A stretch of 51,247 nt of DNA from Candidatus Nanopelagicaceae bacterium (GCA_036769465.1 DAIPLA010000001.1:1-51247), one strand, 5' to 3'; positions 22,272-32,876 are shown, counted from the first letter of the stretch. The notes: generated from the letters alone by a model not told the origin. Program-made: numbers and translations.

Positions 22272-22670
22272 TCAGGCTAATACGGCCTGAATAAGGCTTC
22301 CACAAAGCAGGAATGGTCCAAGCGGGATAGAACGTGGCGATGAATCCTGGTGAAGCTTGCGGTAGGTCACATAGATCACGCTGGCGATGAGTGCATATGT
22401 CACAAGTCCCAGGAACCGATTGCCAGACTCAAGGCATCCGGCCAGAAGCGAGAGAGCTTTGACATCGCCGAACCCAATTCCGCCTCGAGAGCAGAGGCGC
22501 ATGGCCAGTAACGAACCGAAAACCTCGACTGCGAAGAGATAGTGCAACGGAATTCGAATGACACAAACCACTGCAAGCGCGAAGAGAAGATCACGGTTGA
22601 AGATTTTTCTTTTTCGAAAATCCGTGTACGCCACCCGTGCCAGAAATAGCGTGACCAGAGCGAAGCGCAT
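22272..22670 (-). CDS. A24-family (prepilin-type) aspartic peptidase
   Basis: Hydrophobic; TD.R.R.I.N and G.GFGDVK aspartate motifs, C-terminal IPLGPFL; aroE-A24-aroC order as in mycobacteria. Confidence 0.85.
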   Translation of the reverse strand: MRFALVTLFLARVAYTDFRKRKIFNRDLLFALAVVCVIRIPLHYLFAVEVFGSLLAMRLCSRGGIGFGDVKALSLLAGCLESGNRFLGLVTYALIASVIYVTYRKLHQDSSPRSIPLGPFLLCGSLIQAVLA

Positions 22671-22676
22671 ATTCGA

Positions 22677-22682
22677 AGGCTA
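22677..22682 (-). promoter_or_regulatory. Putative -10 (TAGCCT) 6 nt before A24 ATG; leaderless
   Basis: TANNNT-N6-start. Confidence 0.5.
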
Positions 22683-22735
22683 TCCGCCTATTTCCACTAG
22701 TCACGAGGTAACCGATGATCTGTGGATAGAGAAAA

Positions 22736-23527
22736 CTAGATCCCAGTAAGTGCCTCTCGCATCACAGTCCGTATCTCAGAGTGGTCCACCGAAACCCCGG
22801 TGAATAGTTCAACTTGGAATATCGCTTGTTCAATTAACATATCGCGCCCCGAAAGCACCCTCTCCCCCGCAGCGGCAAAGATGGAAGCGAGCTGCGTCGG
22901 CCAGGGTTGATAAATCGCTTCAATCAACAACCCGTTAACGCGCTCAACCTGTGTTAGATACGGATCTATCGCACCTGCAGGAGTTGTTTGAACAATAGCG
23001 CTGAAGCTCTCTAACTCCAGGTCGGAAAGAGGCTTGATCGAAAGATTTTGGAGCTTGCTTGAAGCGACGAGCTGCTCAGCCTTGGCGAGATTGCGCACAA
23101 AGACGGTGACGGGAATCGATAGGTCAATACCTTCAATCGCGGCTAACGCAGAACGAGCCGTGCCCCCGGCACCAATGACCGCAGCGCTCTTAAGTTCTGC
23201 ATGCCCCAGCAATCGAGCGATTCCCAATCGGTCTGTCGAACATCCGTACCAACCAAATGTGCGTTTCACCAGAGTGTTGATTGAAATCATTCGCTTATCG
23301 ATTTCAGGTACCTCGTGAGCGAAATCAACCGCGATTTCCTTTAGAGGCATCGTCAGCGAGAAACCGTCATAGTCCTCGTGGCCGGATAAAAAACTGGCGA
23401 AATTTTCGATTCCTACGTTAAAGCGATCGTACTCGGCCGGAATATCGAGCGATCGGTACGCGGCGGCGTGAAGTGCCGGCGAGAGTGAGTGATCAATCGG
23501 TGATCCCAGAACCGCTGCCTTGATCAT
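22736..23527 (-). CDS. aroE: Shikimate dehydrogenase
   Basis: LGSPIDHSLSPALH, SLTMPLK, IGAGGTAR, MLIEQA. Confidence 0.95.
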   Translation of the reverse strand: MIKAAVLGSPIDHSLSPALHAAAYRSLDIPAEYDRFNVGIENFASFLSGHEDYDGFSLTMPLKEIAVDFAHEVPEIDKRMISINTLVKRTFGWYGCSTDRLGIARLLGHAELKSAAVIGAGGTARSALAAIEGIDLSIPVTVFVRNLAKAEQLVASSKLQNLSIKPLSDLELESFSAIVQTTPAGAIDPYLTQVERVNGLLIEAIYQPWPTQLASIFAAAGERVLSGRDMLIEQAIFQVELFTGVSVDHSEIRTVMREALTGI

Positions 23528-24534
23528 TTGAACGCTCCCGCACGAAGATATTTATTATAGAGAGAAACCCAAGCTTCGAATTCAGGGTATGAATTCGTAA
23601 AGCGAGTGTCGTGCGGTTGTACAGTAATGAAATACAACCAATCTCCCGAAGCCGGGTGGAGCGCAGCAGAAATCGCAGCAAGACTCGGATTGGAGATCGG
23701 CGTTGGGGGAAGTCCGACATTTCGGTAAGTGTTATATGGGGAAGCTATCTGTGTGGCTGAACTGGATAAGGCGATTTTCCCGCGAAGATGGGCCGCGTAT
23801 TGAACCGTGGAGTTCAGCTGGAGCGCCATACCGATTCTCAACCGGTTATAGATCACTGCGGCAACCTTTGGATAGTCAACCGGATCGCCTTCAATCTGAA
23901 TCATCGAGGCGACCGTCAATACTTGGTATGCGTTGTATCTTTCGAAGCCAGCAAGTAACCCATCGGAAGCCATATTTTGAGAAAACTTTTCAATCATTGA
24001 CTGGAGCGCCGTGGTCGCGGTGGTGCCATTGGCGAAGGCGTAATCGGCTGGGGCCAGAATTCCCTCAAGATTTTTCGTAGGAACGAACGCTGGAAGTTTG
24101 AAAGTGGCTTGCGGGGTGTAGTTGAAGGCGATAGTCGGTGCCGATTTTAAGGCCGCAAGAACATCCTGAACAGTAGACGCCTCCCGAACTCGAATAAGTC
24201 CTCGCACGAATTTAGGATCCAACATTTCGGACAATGCGAGAGACGACGGAACATGAGATTCAATGGAATGTACGCCCGGGCTTATCCCTTGCGACTTCGG
24301 ATTTTTCAACTCTTCTGCGACGAAGCGAGTCGCACTCTTCACGACGCCAGCCTTGGCCAACAGTGAGGCTATAGCGCTGCCGGTTGCGCCGGACGAGACA
24401 GAGATATCAACTCGTGGACCGGCCTGACCGGTAGGAAAATCATCGTTTTTATGAATCAGTGTGAAAGTACCAACGAGAAAGATCGCCAAGAGTACTGCGA
24501 CCGCCCACGTCGCCCGCCTAGCTCTTGGCGTCAT
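23524..24534 (-). CDS. mltG: Endolytic transglycosylase MltG (YceG-like)
   Basis: N-terminal TM, ASMIQIEG, VIYNRL, SPYNTY..GLPPTPISNPS, LYF. Confidence 0.94.
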   Translation of the reverse strand: MTPRARRATWAVAVLLAIFLVGTFTLIHKNDDFPTGQAGPRVDISVSSGATGSAIASLLAKAGVVKSATRFVAEELKNPKSQGISPGVHSIESHVPSSLALSEMLDPKFVRGLIRVREASTVQDVLAALKSAPTIAFNYTPQATFKLPAFVPTKNLEGILAPADYAFANGTTATTALQSMIEKFSQNMASDGLLAGFERYNAYQVLTVASMIQIEGDPVDYPKVAAVIYNRLRIGMALQLNSTVQYAAHLRGKIALSSSATQIASPYNTYRNVGLPPTPISNPSLAAISAALHPASGDWLYFITVQPHDTRFTNSYPEFEAWVSLYNKYLRAGAFK

Positions 24535-25001
24535 GACGTATCCCCAAAATGTAACGGTGACGGCTGGCCCTGAGATTTTTCAGCCATTAAGGCCGCTTCT
24601 AAGATGGTTGCAGCACTGGCGGAATCGATTAGACCCTTAGACGTTTTAGCGCTCTTGCCAGCAGCGCGGAGCGAGGCGGCGGCGTTAACCGTGGATAGGC
24701 GTTCGTCCACAAAAAAGATTTTTGCGTCCGTAATTTGAGCAACAAGCCCGGCGAATGCACGCACGGATTCCGATTTTGCACTTGTTCCCCCATGAAGGTG
24801 GAGTGGTAGACCAATGACAACGTAGATGGGTTGTACTTCTTCCATCAGCTCCCGGAGCGATCGGATAAAGGCCACGTCATCCTTGCTGGCAACATTTTCA
24901 ATAAAATCCCTTGGGGACGCGACTATTCCTTCAGGGTCGCTGACCGCGACTCCGATTCGAACATCGCCGTAATCAAAAGCGAGGCGACGACCCTTATCCA
25001 C
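24531..25001 (-). CDS. ruvX: RuvX/YqgF pre-16S rRNA nuclease
   Basis: LAFDYGDVRIGVAVSD, GLP, DERLST, IDSASA; alaS-ruvX-mltG order. Confidence 0.95.
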   Translation of the reverse strand: MDKGRRLAFDYGDVRIGVAVSDPEGIVASPRDFIENVASKDDVAFIRSLRELMEEVQPIYVVIGLPLHLHGGTSAKSESVRAFAGLVAQITDAKIFFVDERLSTVNAAASLRAAGKSAKTSKGLIDSASAATILEAALMAEKSQGQPSPLHFGDTS

Positions 25002-27682
25002 TACTTGCCTAACGAATGAATACTTTTGACGATCTCATCGAGCGCAAGCGGTATTTTTGCGGCATCAGTGCCGCCGCCTTGGGCAAAGTCAGGTTTCCCG
25101 CCGCCGCCTCCGCCGAGGATAACTGAACCAATCTTCACCAAATCTCCCGCTTTAGCGCCAGCCTTTTGAGCCGACTCAGAAACGCATGCAACCAATGTCA
25201 CCTTCTCCGAACCAGCAGAGGCAAGGACGACGATTGAGTCCGATACTCGGTTACGAAGATCCAACGCCAACGTGCGCAAATCATCCGCGGTTGCTTCGAC
25301 ATCAAGTCTTTCCGCAATTACGTTGAAGTCCGATACCGTCTTTGCGCAATCAGCAAGTTTTCCAGCCGACGAAAGAACCGCGGCCCCTCTAATAGTCGCC
25401 AATTCCTTTTCCGCGCCACGAAGCTTAAGAATCAAATCATTGATTCTTTCCGGTAGCTCTTCAGTCCGCGAACCCTTAATGATTTCGGTCAGGGAATTCA
25501 AAAGCACGTGCTCACGCGCCAAATACGAGTAAGCGTCGTAACCAACGAGCGCTTCAACGCGACGCACACCTGCTCCAATCGACGCTTCCGAAAGTAATTT
25601 GACGACGCCAAGCTGGCCAGAGGCAGATACGTGGGTACCGCCGCAAAGCTCATGTGCCCAATCCCCCACGCTAACGACGCGAACTTGGTCGCCATACTTC
25701 TCTCCGAAGAGCGCCATGGCGCCCATCGCCTTCGCTTCTGGTTGAGTCATCGTCTTAGCCGTCACCTGCAAATTTTCAAGCAGCAGCGAGTTAACGCGCG
25801 ACTCAACATCCGACAACACGGACGGTGGTACCGAACCATTAGCTGGGAAATCAAATCTAAACCGACCTGGCGCATTTTCCGATCCAGCTTGGGTCGCGGT
25901 TTCGCCTAACGCTTCGCGGAATGCTTTGTGAACCATATGTGTCGCGGTGTGCGCTCGGGAAATCGCAAATCGTCGTTCGCGATCGATGGCCGCGTATGCC
26001 TCATCGCTGGACTTCGCGACACCACTCACTAACTGTCCGCGGTGTACATACAAGCCAGGCACCGGAGCTTGCACATCATCAATCTCGAGTAGCGCACCGT
26101 TTCCGAGCTTGATAAAGCCGCCATCAGGCAACTGTCCGCCGCCTTCAGCGTAAAAGGGAGTTCGATCCAGAACGATTTCGACGTCGCTCCCTGGCTGAAC
26201 TTCACTAACCGACTTGCCGTCGACCAATAGTGCGACGACTCGGGCTTCACCTTCAATATCGGTATAACCAGTAAAGGTCGTTTTGCCAGCGCTATCAACG
26301 ATGCCCTTATAGACACTGACGTCGGTGTGACCAGTTTTCTTAGCCCGCGCATCTGCCTTCGCTCGGTCCTTTTGCTCCTTCATCAGGCGTCTAAAGCCGT
26401 CTTCATCAACCGATAATCCGGCCTCTGACGCCATTTCCAACGTTAGGTCAAACGGAAAACCATAAGTATCGTGCAGCTTGAAGACGGTATCCCCAGACAA
26501 GCGGGTGTCGCTCTTACTTTTCACATCGCTGGCCGCCACATCAAAAATTTGCGTGCCGCTCTTCAGCGTAGCTGTGAACGAATCTTCTTCGTTGACAGCT
26601 ACCGCCAGGATCCGCTCCTGTTGCTCGACAAGCTCTGGATATTGCGGGCCCATTGCGTCGATCGATGCAAGAATCAATTCGCGCGTGGTGGGCTCGTGCG
26701 AACCCAAGAGCCGCATGTTTCTGATGGTGCGACGCATCATTCGACGAAGAACATAGCCTCGTCCTTCATTGCCCGGGAGAACGCCATCGCCAATCAGCAT
26801 CAGCGAGGTACGAGCGTGGTCTGCAACGACCCGCAATGAGACGTCACTCTTAGCGTTTCGACCGTAAGTGACTCCGGAAAGCTCCGCCGCCCGAGAGAGA
26901 ATCTTCATCGTTGTATCGATCTCGTAAATGTTTTCAACGCCCTGCAACAACGCTGCCGTGCGCTCTAAGCCTAAACCGGTATCAATGTTCTTAGCGGGCA
27001 ATTCTCCGATGATTGGATAATCATCTTTACCGCCCCCAGCGCCGCGCTCGTTTTGCATGAAAACGAGATTCCAAATTTCTAGGTAACGGTTCTCGTCCGC
27101 AATCGGACCACCGTCTACACCATAGGCAGGGCCGCGGTCGTAATAAATTTCTGAACACGGTCCACACGGTCCGGGAACGCCCATCGACCAGAAGTTATCT
27201 GCCATCCCCCGGCGTTGAATTCGCTCTTTGGGGACGCCAACCTGCTTGTGCCAAATATCCGCCGCTTCATCGTCGTTCTGGAAAACGGTAACCCAGAGTT
27301 TCTCCTCCGGGAAACCATATCCGCCCTCCGACGTTGGTTTCGTAAGAAGCTCCCAGGCAAGCTTGATAGCTCCCTCTTTGAAATAATCCCCAAACGAGAA
27401 GTTGCCACACATCTGGAAAAACGATGCGTGACGAGTTGTTTTTCCAACTTCATCGATATCTAATGTGCGAACGCATTTCTGTACAGAAGTTGCTCGAAGA
27501 TATGGCGGCGTTATCTCACCAAGAAAGAGCGGCTTGAACGGAACCATGCCAGCGTTTACTAAGAGGAGGTTTGGATCGTCTGCGATAAGAGAGGCGGACG
27601 GAACTACTGTGTGAGTGAGACCCTGGCTGTTGCCTGATTCGAAGAATTTCAGCCAGCGGGATCGGATTTCAGCGGATTCCAC
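25001..27682 (-). CDS. alaS: Alanine--tRNA ligase
   Basis: [39 protein letters not shown]. Confidence 0.99.
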   Translation of the reverse strand: MESAEIRSRWLKFFESGNSQGLTHTVVPSASLIADDPNLLLVNAGMVPFKPLFLGEITPPYLRATSVQKCVRTLDIDEVGKTTRHASFFQMCGNFSFGDYFKEGAIKLAWELLTKPTSEGGYGFPEEKLWVTVFQNDDEAADIWHKQVGVPKERIQRRGMADNFWSMGVPGPCGPCSEIYYDRGPAYGVDGGPIADENRYLEIWNLVFMQNERGAGGGKDDYPIIGELPAKNIDTGLGLERTAALLQGVENIYEIDTTMKILSRAAELSGVTYGRNAKSDVSLRVVADHARTSLMLIGDGVLPGNEGRGYVLRRMMRRTIRNMRLLGSHEPTTRELILASIDAMGPQYPELVEQQERILAVAVNEEDSFTATLKSGTQIFDVAASDVKSKSDTRLSGDTVFKLHDTYGFPFDLTLEMASEAGLSVDEDGFRRLMKEQKDRAKADARAKKTGHTDVSVYKGIVDSAGKTTFTGYTDIEGEARVVALLVDGKSVSEVQPGSDVEIVLDRTPFYAEGGGQLPDGGFIKLGNGALLEIDDVQAPVPGLYVHRGQLVSGVAKSSDEAYAAIDRERRFAISRAHTATHMVHKAFREALGETATQAGSENAPGRFRFDFPANGSVPPSVLSDVESRVNSLLLENLQVTAKTMTQPEAKAMGAMALFGEKYGDQVRVVSVGDWAHELCGGTHVSASGQLGVVKLLSEASIGAGVRRVEALVGYDAYSYLAREHVLLNSLTEIIKGSRTEELPERINDLILKLRGAEKELATIRGAAVLSSAGKLADCAKTVSDFNVIAERLDVEATADDLRTLALDLRNRVSDSIVVLASAGSEKVTLVACVSESAQKAGAKAGDLVKIGSVILGGGGGGKPDFAQGGGTDAAKIPLALDEIVKSIHSLGK

Positions 27683-27685
27683 GAC

Positions 27686-28126
27686 CTATTCGTTCTCCGT
27701 GGCCGATTTGGCGGCTGAACGAGAACGCGGAGTTCGTGGAGTCCGAGCGACTTTAGCCCCGTCGGTGCGCTCTTCTTTCTTCTCGGAATGGGCACGCTTT
27801 GCTTGAACTAAACCAAGGACGCCGGAAGCCAATTTCATCGCGGTCGAATTCTTGTCGAGCAGGGTTTCAGTAGCGCCAGAAATCTTGGAGGAGACGTCCT
27901 CAACCGACTTGGAAATTTTATTAATGCTGGTCAGCGGTCCGTTAATGAGCGCGACGGTTGTAGTCACTTCTTCTAAAAGTGGAGTGGTCTCATCAACGAG
28001 CGACTCAATTGCTTTGCTGGCTTGATCGATAAGCCGGCCGAGCCGAACGATGGCATAGCCAAACGCTAAGGCGATTATCGCTAGCGCCGATGCGGCGATG
28101 ATTGTTGCTATTCCACCAGGACCCAT
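27686..28126 (-). CDS. DUF948 (YoxC-like) membrane-anchored coiled-coil protein
   Basis: N-terminal TM then heptad-like helix (TPLLEEVTTTV); conserved position upstream of alaS. Confidence 0.75.
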   Translation of the reverse strand: MGPGGIATIIAASALAIIALAFGYAIVRLGRLIDQASKAIESLVDETTPLLEEVTTTVALINGPLTSINKISKSVEDVSSKISGATETLLDKNSTAMKLASGVLGLVQAKRAHSEKKEERTDGAKVARTPRTPRSRSAAKSATENE

Positions 28127-28132
28127 GGCCAG

Positions 28133-28138
28133 AGAGTA
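28133..28138 (-). promoter_or_regulatory. Putative -10 (TACTCT) 6 nt before DUF948 ATG; leaderless promoter of the DUF948-alaS operon
   Basis: TANNNT-N6-start. Confidence 0.55.
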
Positions 28139-28152
28139 CCTGAATTCGCTTA

Positions 28153-30432
28153 CTACTCGTGGAAAATCGGAATCTCGACTTCCGGCTTTCGATGATGGAG
28201 ATGAGCCTTCACCGCGGCCTCGTGATATTTCTCAATTTTTTCGAGGTTTTCGGGGTTGGAGTACGGCCGCCCATCAACCAATGGACCGACGACTCCGGTC
28301 ATCACCGCCGTCACATCCTCACCCGAAATTGTCTTGTGTACCTCGAGCGCATGGGCCAAGGAGAGAACTTTTGTTCGATTCTCGACAAGAATTTCCTCGG
28401 CCTTGGTCAACAATTTTGAAAGGTTATCCTCGATTCGATCCGCCAGGGCGCGACGTAGCTCTGCGGAACCCTCCTTGGCATCCCTTGGCTTTCCGCCACC
28501 GGGCGCTCCAACTTCGAATCGTCGATTAGATGCGTGTGAAGAGACGGTGGAGCCCATGCCCCAATGGCCTTCCATAAAACTTGCAACTGTTGTCGCGCTT
28601 TCCAAGTCGCCGGATACGCCGGATGAGTTGTCTCCGTTAAAGAAATATCGCTCGCCAGCAAGCGAGGCAAGGGAGACAAGAATGTCGGCCTCGTATTCGG
28701 TCCGCCAGTGCGTGAATTGATCATCGGGCGGGATGCTCGCCACCATGCCGAGATAGTCGGAGCCCTTCTCGATCGTCGCCAAATCAATTGCCATGTGTTC
28801 TCTTTGCAAAAATGCCATAACACCGTGACACGCCTCGTGCACTGCTACCGCGTGTCGCTCTCTTTCGATGTACTCCACATCTTCCGCGGGACCCAAATCC
28901 TTCAATTGCTTGGCTCGGATGACATCCGCCCAGGTAATGGAGGTACGTCCATTACGAATCGCCATAATAAGTGCTTCGTTGATGGTGTCCTTAATAGTCG
29001 CACCCGTGGCGTAAGGAGTAATAGTCGCTAACTTATCAATCTCTTCCGCCGACAAGCTATGGCTTACCTTTGCCAAGTAACCTTCGTACGTACGAATACG
29101 ACCAGCCTTGCTTGGATAACCAACTCGATACATTCGATCGATTCGACCCGGGCGAAGCAACGCCTCGTCCAACGCCTCCGGCATATTCGTCGCCATCACG
29201 ACCAAGATTCGATACTTGGGTGGATTTTTCGGACGGAGCCCCAATGTGCGACGAACGATACGATTAAAGAAACCGCGTGGCTTTTTTAGACCGCTCAGTT
29301 CAGTGAGCAAAGCCTGAAGAGTTCCCATTCCACCGCCACCCATTCCGGCTGCGGAATTTGCAACGAAGCGTTCCCGGACCAAGAGATTGGATGTGATTGG
29401 CGAGAGATAGTGACCGCCATGACATGCCGTCCCAAATACCGACGATGACTTGGTAATGGATATTGTGTTTGCCATCGACCCACCCGTTGTCGCAATTCCG
29501 CGGTTCCCTAACGAATCGGCTTCATCGAAAAACACAACCACACCACCGTAGCGGAGTGCCAATTTGCGGAGCTTCCGGAAAAGTGATTTGACCTTCATGA
29601 CGCCGACACCGAAGAACATGTTGGTGAACGCACCGGGATCAACAAAGACGAACGGCTTGCCGCTCTCCCCCGCCATCGACTCGGCCATCAGTGTCTTTCC
29701 GGTACCGGGAGGACCCCACAAAAGAATGCCGCCGGGTACGTAACCACCGTGTGCTTCGATAGATGCTGGGTCCTCTAAAAAGAGCAAGTTCTCTCTAATC
29801 CGATCCAAGACGTGATCTTGACCCCATACATCCGAGAATCTCGTACGAATGTCATCCGGGAAATAAGTGTCGATACCTCCGCGACTGAGGAACCAGAACA
29901 TCGCAACGAATTGAATAACAATAAAGACCACTGCGAAAGCAAGTTGCCCAATCATCGGCAAAGCGGACCATAGCGCCTTCGGCGCGAGGAAAAGCGCTTT
30001 AATCGGGGTTTCCTTATACACGGCGCCGAGAACTACCGCTAAGAGCGCTACAAACAACAGGGCTTTGATAACGCGTGAGATCCGATAACGCGTCCAGTCG
30101 CTTAAACGGTGAACCACTCGATCGACAAATGCAAAGTACTTGACCCACACGCCGTGATACGGCGATAGCAATTCGGAGAGGCCAAAGTGAACCTGTCGAA
30201 CAACCTCGATCCCGAGTAGGACGAAAAGCCACCATCGTTGACGAGCTACTTGATTGACCGAATCACCAAAGTTCAACAACGGGTTGTCGGCCATGGCTGC
30301 CCAGACGAGGATGAAGAAGACGACCGCAAAGAGTGAAACGAATTTTGTCCGGTCATAGATGGTGAGATGTACTCGCACGGACCGGTCGGTATCTCTCGGA
30401 CGTCCCTGCGGATTTTCTTTGGTGGTCATCAT
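28153..30432 (-). CDS. Non-canonical FtsH-like membrane AAA+ zinc metalloprotease (M41)
   Basis: Walker A GPPGTGKT, pore loop FTNMFFGVG, Walker B FFDEAD, SRH ATN..LDEALLRPGRIDR, HEACH, SSGVSGDL; about four N-terminal hydrophobic segments. Confidence 0.9.
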   Translation of the reverse strand: MMTTKENPQGRPRDTDRSVRVHLTIYDRTKFVSLFAVVFFILVWAAMADNPLLNFGDSVNQVARQRWWLFVLLGIEVVRQVHFGLSELLSPYHGVWVKYFAFVDRVVHRLSDWTRYRISRVIKALLFVALLAVVLGAVYKETPIKALFLAPKALWSALPMIGQLAFAVVFIVIQFVAMFWFLSRGGIDTYFPDDIRTRFSDVWGQDHVLDRIRENLLFLEDPASIEAHGGYVPGGILLWGPPGTGKTLMAESMAGESGKPFVFVDPGAFTNMFFGVGVMKVKSLFRKLRKLALRYGGVVVFFDEADSLGNRGIATTGGSMANTISITKSSSVFGTACHGGHYLSPITSNLLVRERFVANSAAGMGGGGMGTLQALLTELSGLKKPRGFFNRIVRRTLGLRPKNPPKYRILVVMATNMPEALDEALLRPGRIDRMYRVGYPSKAGRIRTYEGYLAKVSHSLSAEEIDKLATITPYATGATIKDTINEALIMAIRNGRTSITWADVIRAKQLKDLGPAEDVEYIERERHAVAVHEACHGVMAFLQREHMAIDLATIEKGSDYLGMVASIPPDDQFTHWRTEYEADILVSLASLAGERYFFNGDNSSGVSGDLESATTVASFMEGHWGMGSTVSSHASNRRFEVGAPGGGKPRDAKEGSAELRRALADRIEDNLSKLLTKAEEILVENRTKVLSLAHALEVHKTISGEDVTAVMTGVVGPLVDGRPYSNPENLEKIEKYHEAAVKAHLHHRKPEVEIPIFHE

Positions 30433-31097
30433 TTCGCACCCCTCACTGTGAATGAACTCGCTATTTTCTCTAGCGCCTTGGCATGTGCTGTGTAATAGTC
30501 GGTCTTAGCCCTGATCAATAGGACGTACAACATCGCGTGATCAGGTGAGAGCAGGCTCGTCTGATTGAACGTTTGCGAAATGCCATCCGTGCCGGTGAAG
30601 GAGAAGGTGTCATGAATTCCACGTGCAGCCGGCTGGATAGCATCGGAGTCGTCGATGAGGTTCAGGTTTAAGGCGTTAACCGAAGTGCTTGTGCTGTTTA
30701 GCCACGTGGTTAATGGAACAAATATGTCACGAAGACTATTGAGCGAAAAGGAGTTTGCTTCATCCGGAAGTAGCGCGCGTACTCGAACGTACACAGTCGG
30801 CTGATCATTGCTTTTAAGCGAAAAAATCTCGGCCGCGGTAACCGCCTTGGGCGCAAACGCTTCCTGCCAGTGGACGTTAGCGAGACGATCTGCAGCGCCA
30901 GAGACAGTTGATAGCGATTCTCGTGCGGAAAGATCTCGCTGCGAGAGCGCGAACCACCCTTGCGGGACCGTGAAGTAGACACCGTCGCTCTTGTCAGACG
31001 CATATGTCTGGGACGCGGATGAACATCCGCTCAGTATTCCTACGGCGAGAATCACAGAAGCGGCAGTTGCCGCCCTCTTGTGCGCTCGCTTTAACAC
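30429..31097 (-). CDS. Putative lipoprotein, possibly PsbP/Mog1-like fold
   Basis: Basic N-terminus, hydrophobic core, lipobox LSGC; YFTVPQGW and C-terminal IASSFTV resemble PsbP-like proteins; stop overlaps FtsH-like start (ATGA). Confidence 0.75.
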   Translation of the reverse strand: MLKRAHKRAATAASVILAVGILSGCSSASQTYASDKSDGVYFTVPQGWFALSQRDLSARESLSTVSGAADRLANVHWQEAFAPKAVTAAEIFSLKSNDQPTVYVRVRALLPDEANSFSLNSLRDIFVPLTTWLNSTSTSVNALNLNLIDDSDAIQPAARGIHDTFSFTGTDGISQTFNQTSLLSPDHAMLYVLLIRAKTDYYTAHAKALEKIASSFTVRGAK

Positions 31098-31111
31098 GCG
31101 AGAAGTCTGCC

Positions 31112-32872
31112 CTATTTGGAGGGAATTGTCTCCGCTACGAAATCGACACCAGCCTCTTTGCGTTGTGCCGGAGTGATTGGTGTTGGTGCACCTGTGAGCG
31201 GATCCCCACCGCTTGCTGTTTTAGGGAAGGCAATAACTTCACGAATGGACTCGGCTCCTGACAAGAGTGCGCACAGTCGATCAAGCCCGAGCGCGATTCC
31301 GCCGTGTGGTGGTGGTCCGTAATTGAATGCCTCGAGGAGAAATCCAAACTTGCTCTCGGCCTCGGCCTTGGTCAAGCCAATGACATCAAAGACGCGTGCT
31401 TGCATCTTTCGATCATGAATACGAATTGATCCACCACCGATTTCATTGCCGTTGAGAACAATGTCGTAGGCATACGCCAGAGCGGCGGCCGGGTCCTTGT
31501 CGAAGCTATCCGCAAACTCTGGCTTGGGACCTGTAAACGGATGATGAACCGCGGTCCAGCCACTATTCGAGTTGCCAGTCTCCACTTGCTCAAACATTGG
31601 GGCGTCTACCACCCAGAGAAATTCCCATTTGCTCCCGTCAATCAAACCGCAGCGCTTGCCTATCTCGAGACGAACCGCTCCCAATAAATTAAGAGATGAG
31701 ACTCGATCTCCTGCCGCGAAGAAAATCGCATCGCCTGGCTTTGCGCCGGCGTGAGCAGCAATACCAGCGCTCTCCTTCTCCGAAAGATTCTTAGCGACCG
31801 GACCGGCAAGCGCTCCATCGTCTTGCACCAAAATATAGGCAAGGCCCTTCGCGCCCCGGGCTTTCGCCCAATCCTGCCAGGCGTCGAGCTCGCGTCGAGC
31901 TGACGATGCTCCGCCCGGCATAACAACGGCTCCGACATACTCGGCTTGGAATACGCGGAATGTCGTATCCGCAAAAAACGCGGTCGCGTCAACCAACTCG
32001 TAACCAAAACGAAGGTCTGGCTTGTCCGAGCCGAAGCGACGCATCGCTTCCCAATAGGTCATGCGTGGAATTGGCAAAGGTATTTCGTAACCGACAACCT
32101 TCTTAAATACCTGCGACAGAATCTTCTCTGCGACCTTAAGAACGTCTTCTTGGTCAACGAACGACATTTCGATATCGAGTTGGGTGAATTCTGGTTGGCG
32201 ATCCGCTCGGAAATCCTCATCGCGGAAACAACGAGCAATTTGGTAGTACTTTTCCATGCCCGCGACCATGAGCAATTGCTTGAAAAGCTGCGGCGATTGA
32301 GGCAGGGCGTACCAACTTCCGGGCTGCAAACGAACCGGAACAAGGAAGTCACGAGCGCCTTCTGGAGTGGAACGAGTGAGATACGGGGTTTCAATCTCGA
32401 GGAAATTCTCTTCGTCCATGACCGACCGAATGGTCGATGTCACCTTGCTTCGCAGTCTGAGATTCGCAGCAGGGCCCTCGCGGCGAAGATCGAGGTAGCG
32501 ATACTTCAACCGAATTTCCTCGCCTACGTTGGCGATTTCGCCGCTGTCGACGGGGAAAGGCAATGGTGCCGCCTCGCTGAGAACTTCGAGCGTCTCGCAA
32601 TTAACTTCAATTTCACCTGTGGGAATATTTGAATTTTCATTCCCAGCGGGTCGCACGCCGACCGTTCCAACAATTTTGACGCACCATTCAGCGCGCAATG
32701 CTCCCGCCAGAGCTTCGTCATGAATGACAACCTGTACCGCGCCGGTGGCATCACGTAAATCAATAAAAGCAACTCCACCATGGTCTCGTCGACGCGCGAC
32801 CCAGCCAGACAACGTGACGGAAGCGCCGACGTCGCTCTTTCGCAAATTTCCAGCTTGGTGTGTGCGGAACAT
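31112..32872 (-). CDS. aspS: Aspartate--tRNA(Asp/Asn) ligase, probably non-discriminating
   Basis: [34 protein letters not shown] insert, PPHGGIA.GLDR. Confidence 0.98.
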   Translation of the reverse strand: MFRTHQAGNLRKSDVGASVTLSGWVARRRDHGGVAFIDLRDATGAVQVVIHDEALAGALRAEWCVKIVGTVGVRPAGNENSNIPTGEIEVNCETLEVLSEAAPLPFPVDSGEIANVGEEIRLKYRYLDLRREGPAANLRLRSKVTSTIRSVMDEENFLEIETPYLTRSTPEGARDFLVPVRLQPGSWYALPQSPQLFKQLLMVAGMEKYYQIARCFRDEDFRADRQPEFTQLDIEMSFVDQEDVLKVAEKILSQVFKKVVGYEIPLPIPRMTYWEAMRRFGSDKPDLRFGYELVDATAFFADTTFRVFQAEYVGAVVMPGGASSARRELDAWQDWAKARGAKGLAYILVQDDGALAGPVAKNLSEKESAGIAAHAGAKPGDAIFFAAGDRVSSLNLLGAVRLEIGKRCGLIDGSKWEFLWVVDAPMFEQVETGNSNSGWTAVHHPFTGPKPEFADSFDKDPAAALAYAYDIVLNGNEIGGGSIRIHDRKMQARVFDVIGLTKAEAESKFGFLLEAFNYGPPPHGGIALGLDRLCALLSGAESIREVIAFPKTASGGDPLTGAPTPITPAQRKEAGVDFVAETIPSK

Positions 32873-32876
32873 GTAC

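Noticed and set aside
22700..22712. GTTAC-N3-GTGAC (minus strand) resembling GlnR/MtrA/BldD boxes
   Set aside because: The 3-nt spacer fits none of these consensus spacings.
31946..32632. 228-aa plus-strand ORF
   Set aside because: Entirely antisense to aspS with no recognisable motifs; shadow ORF.
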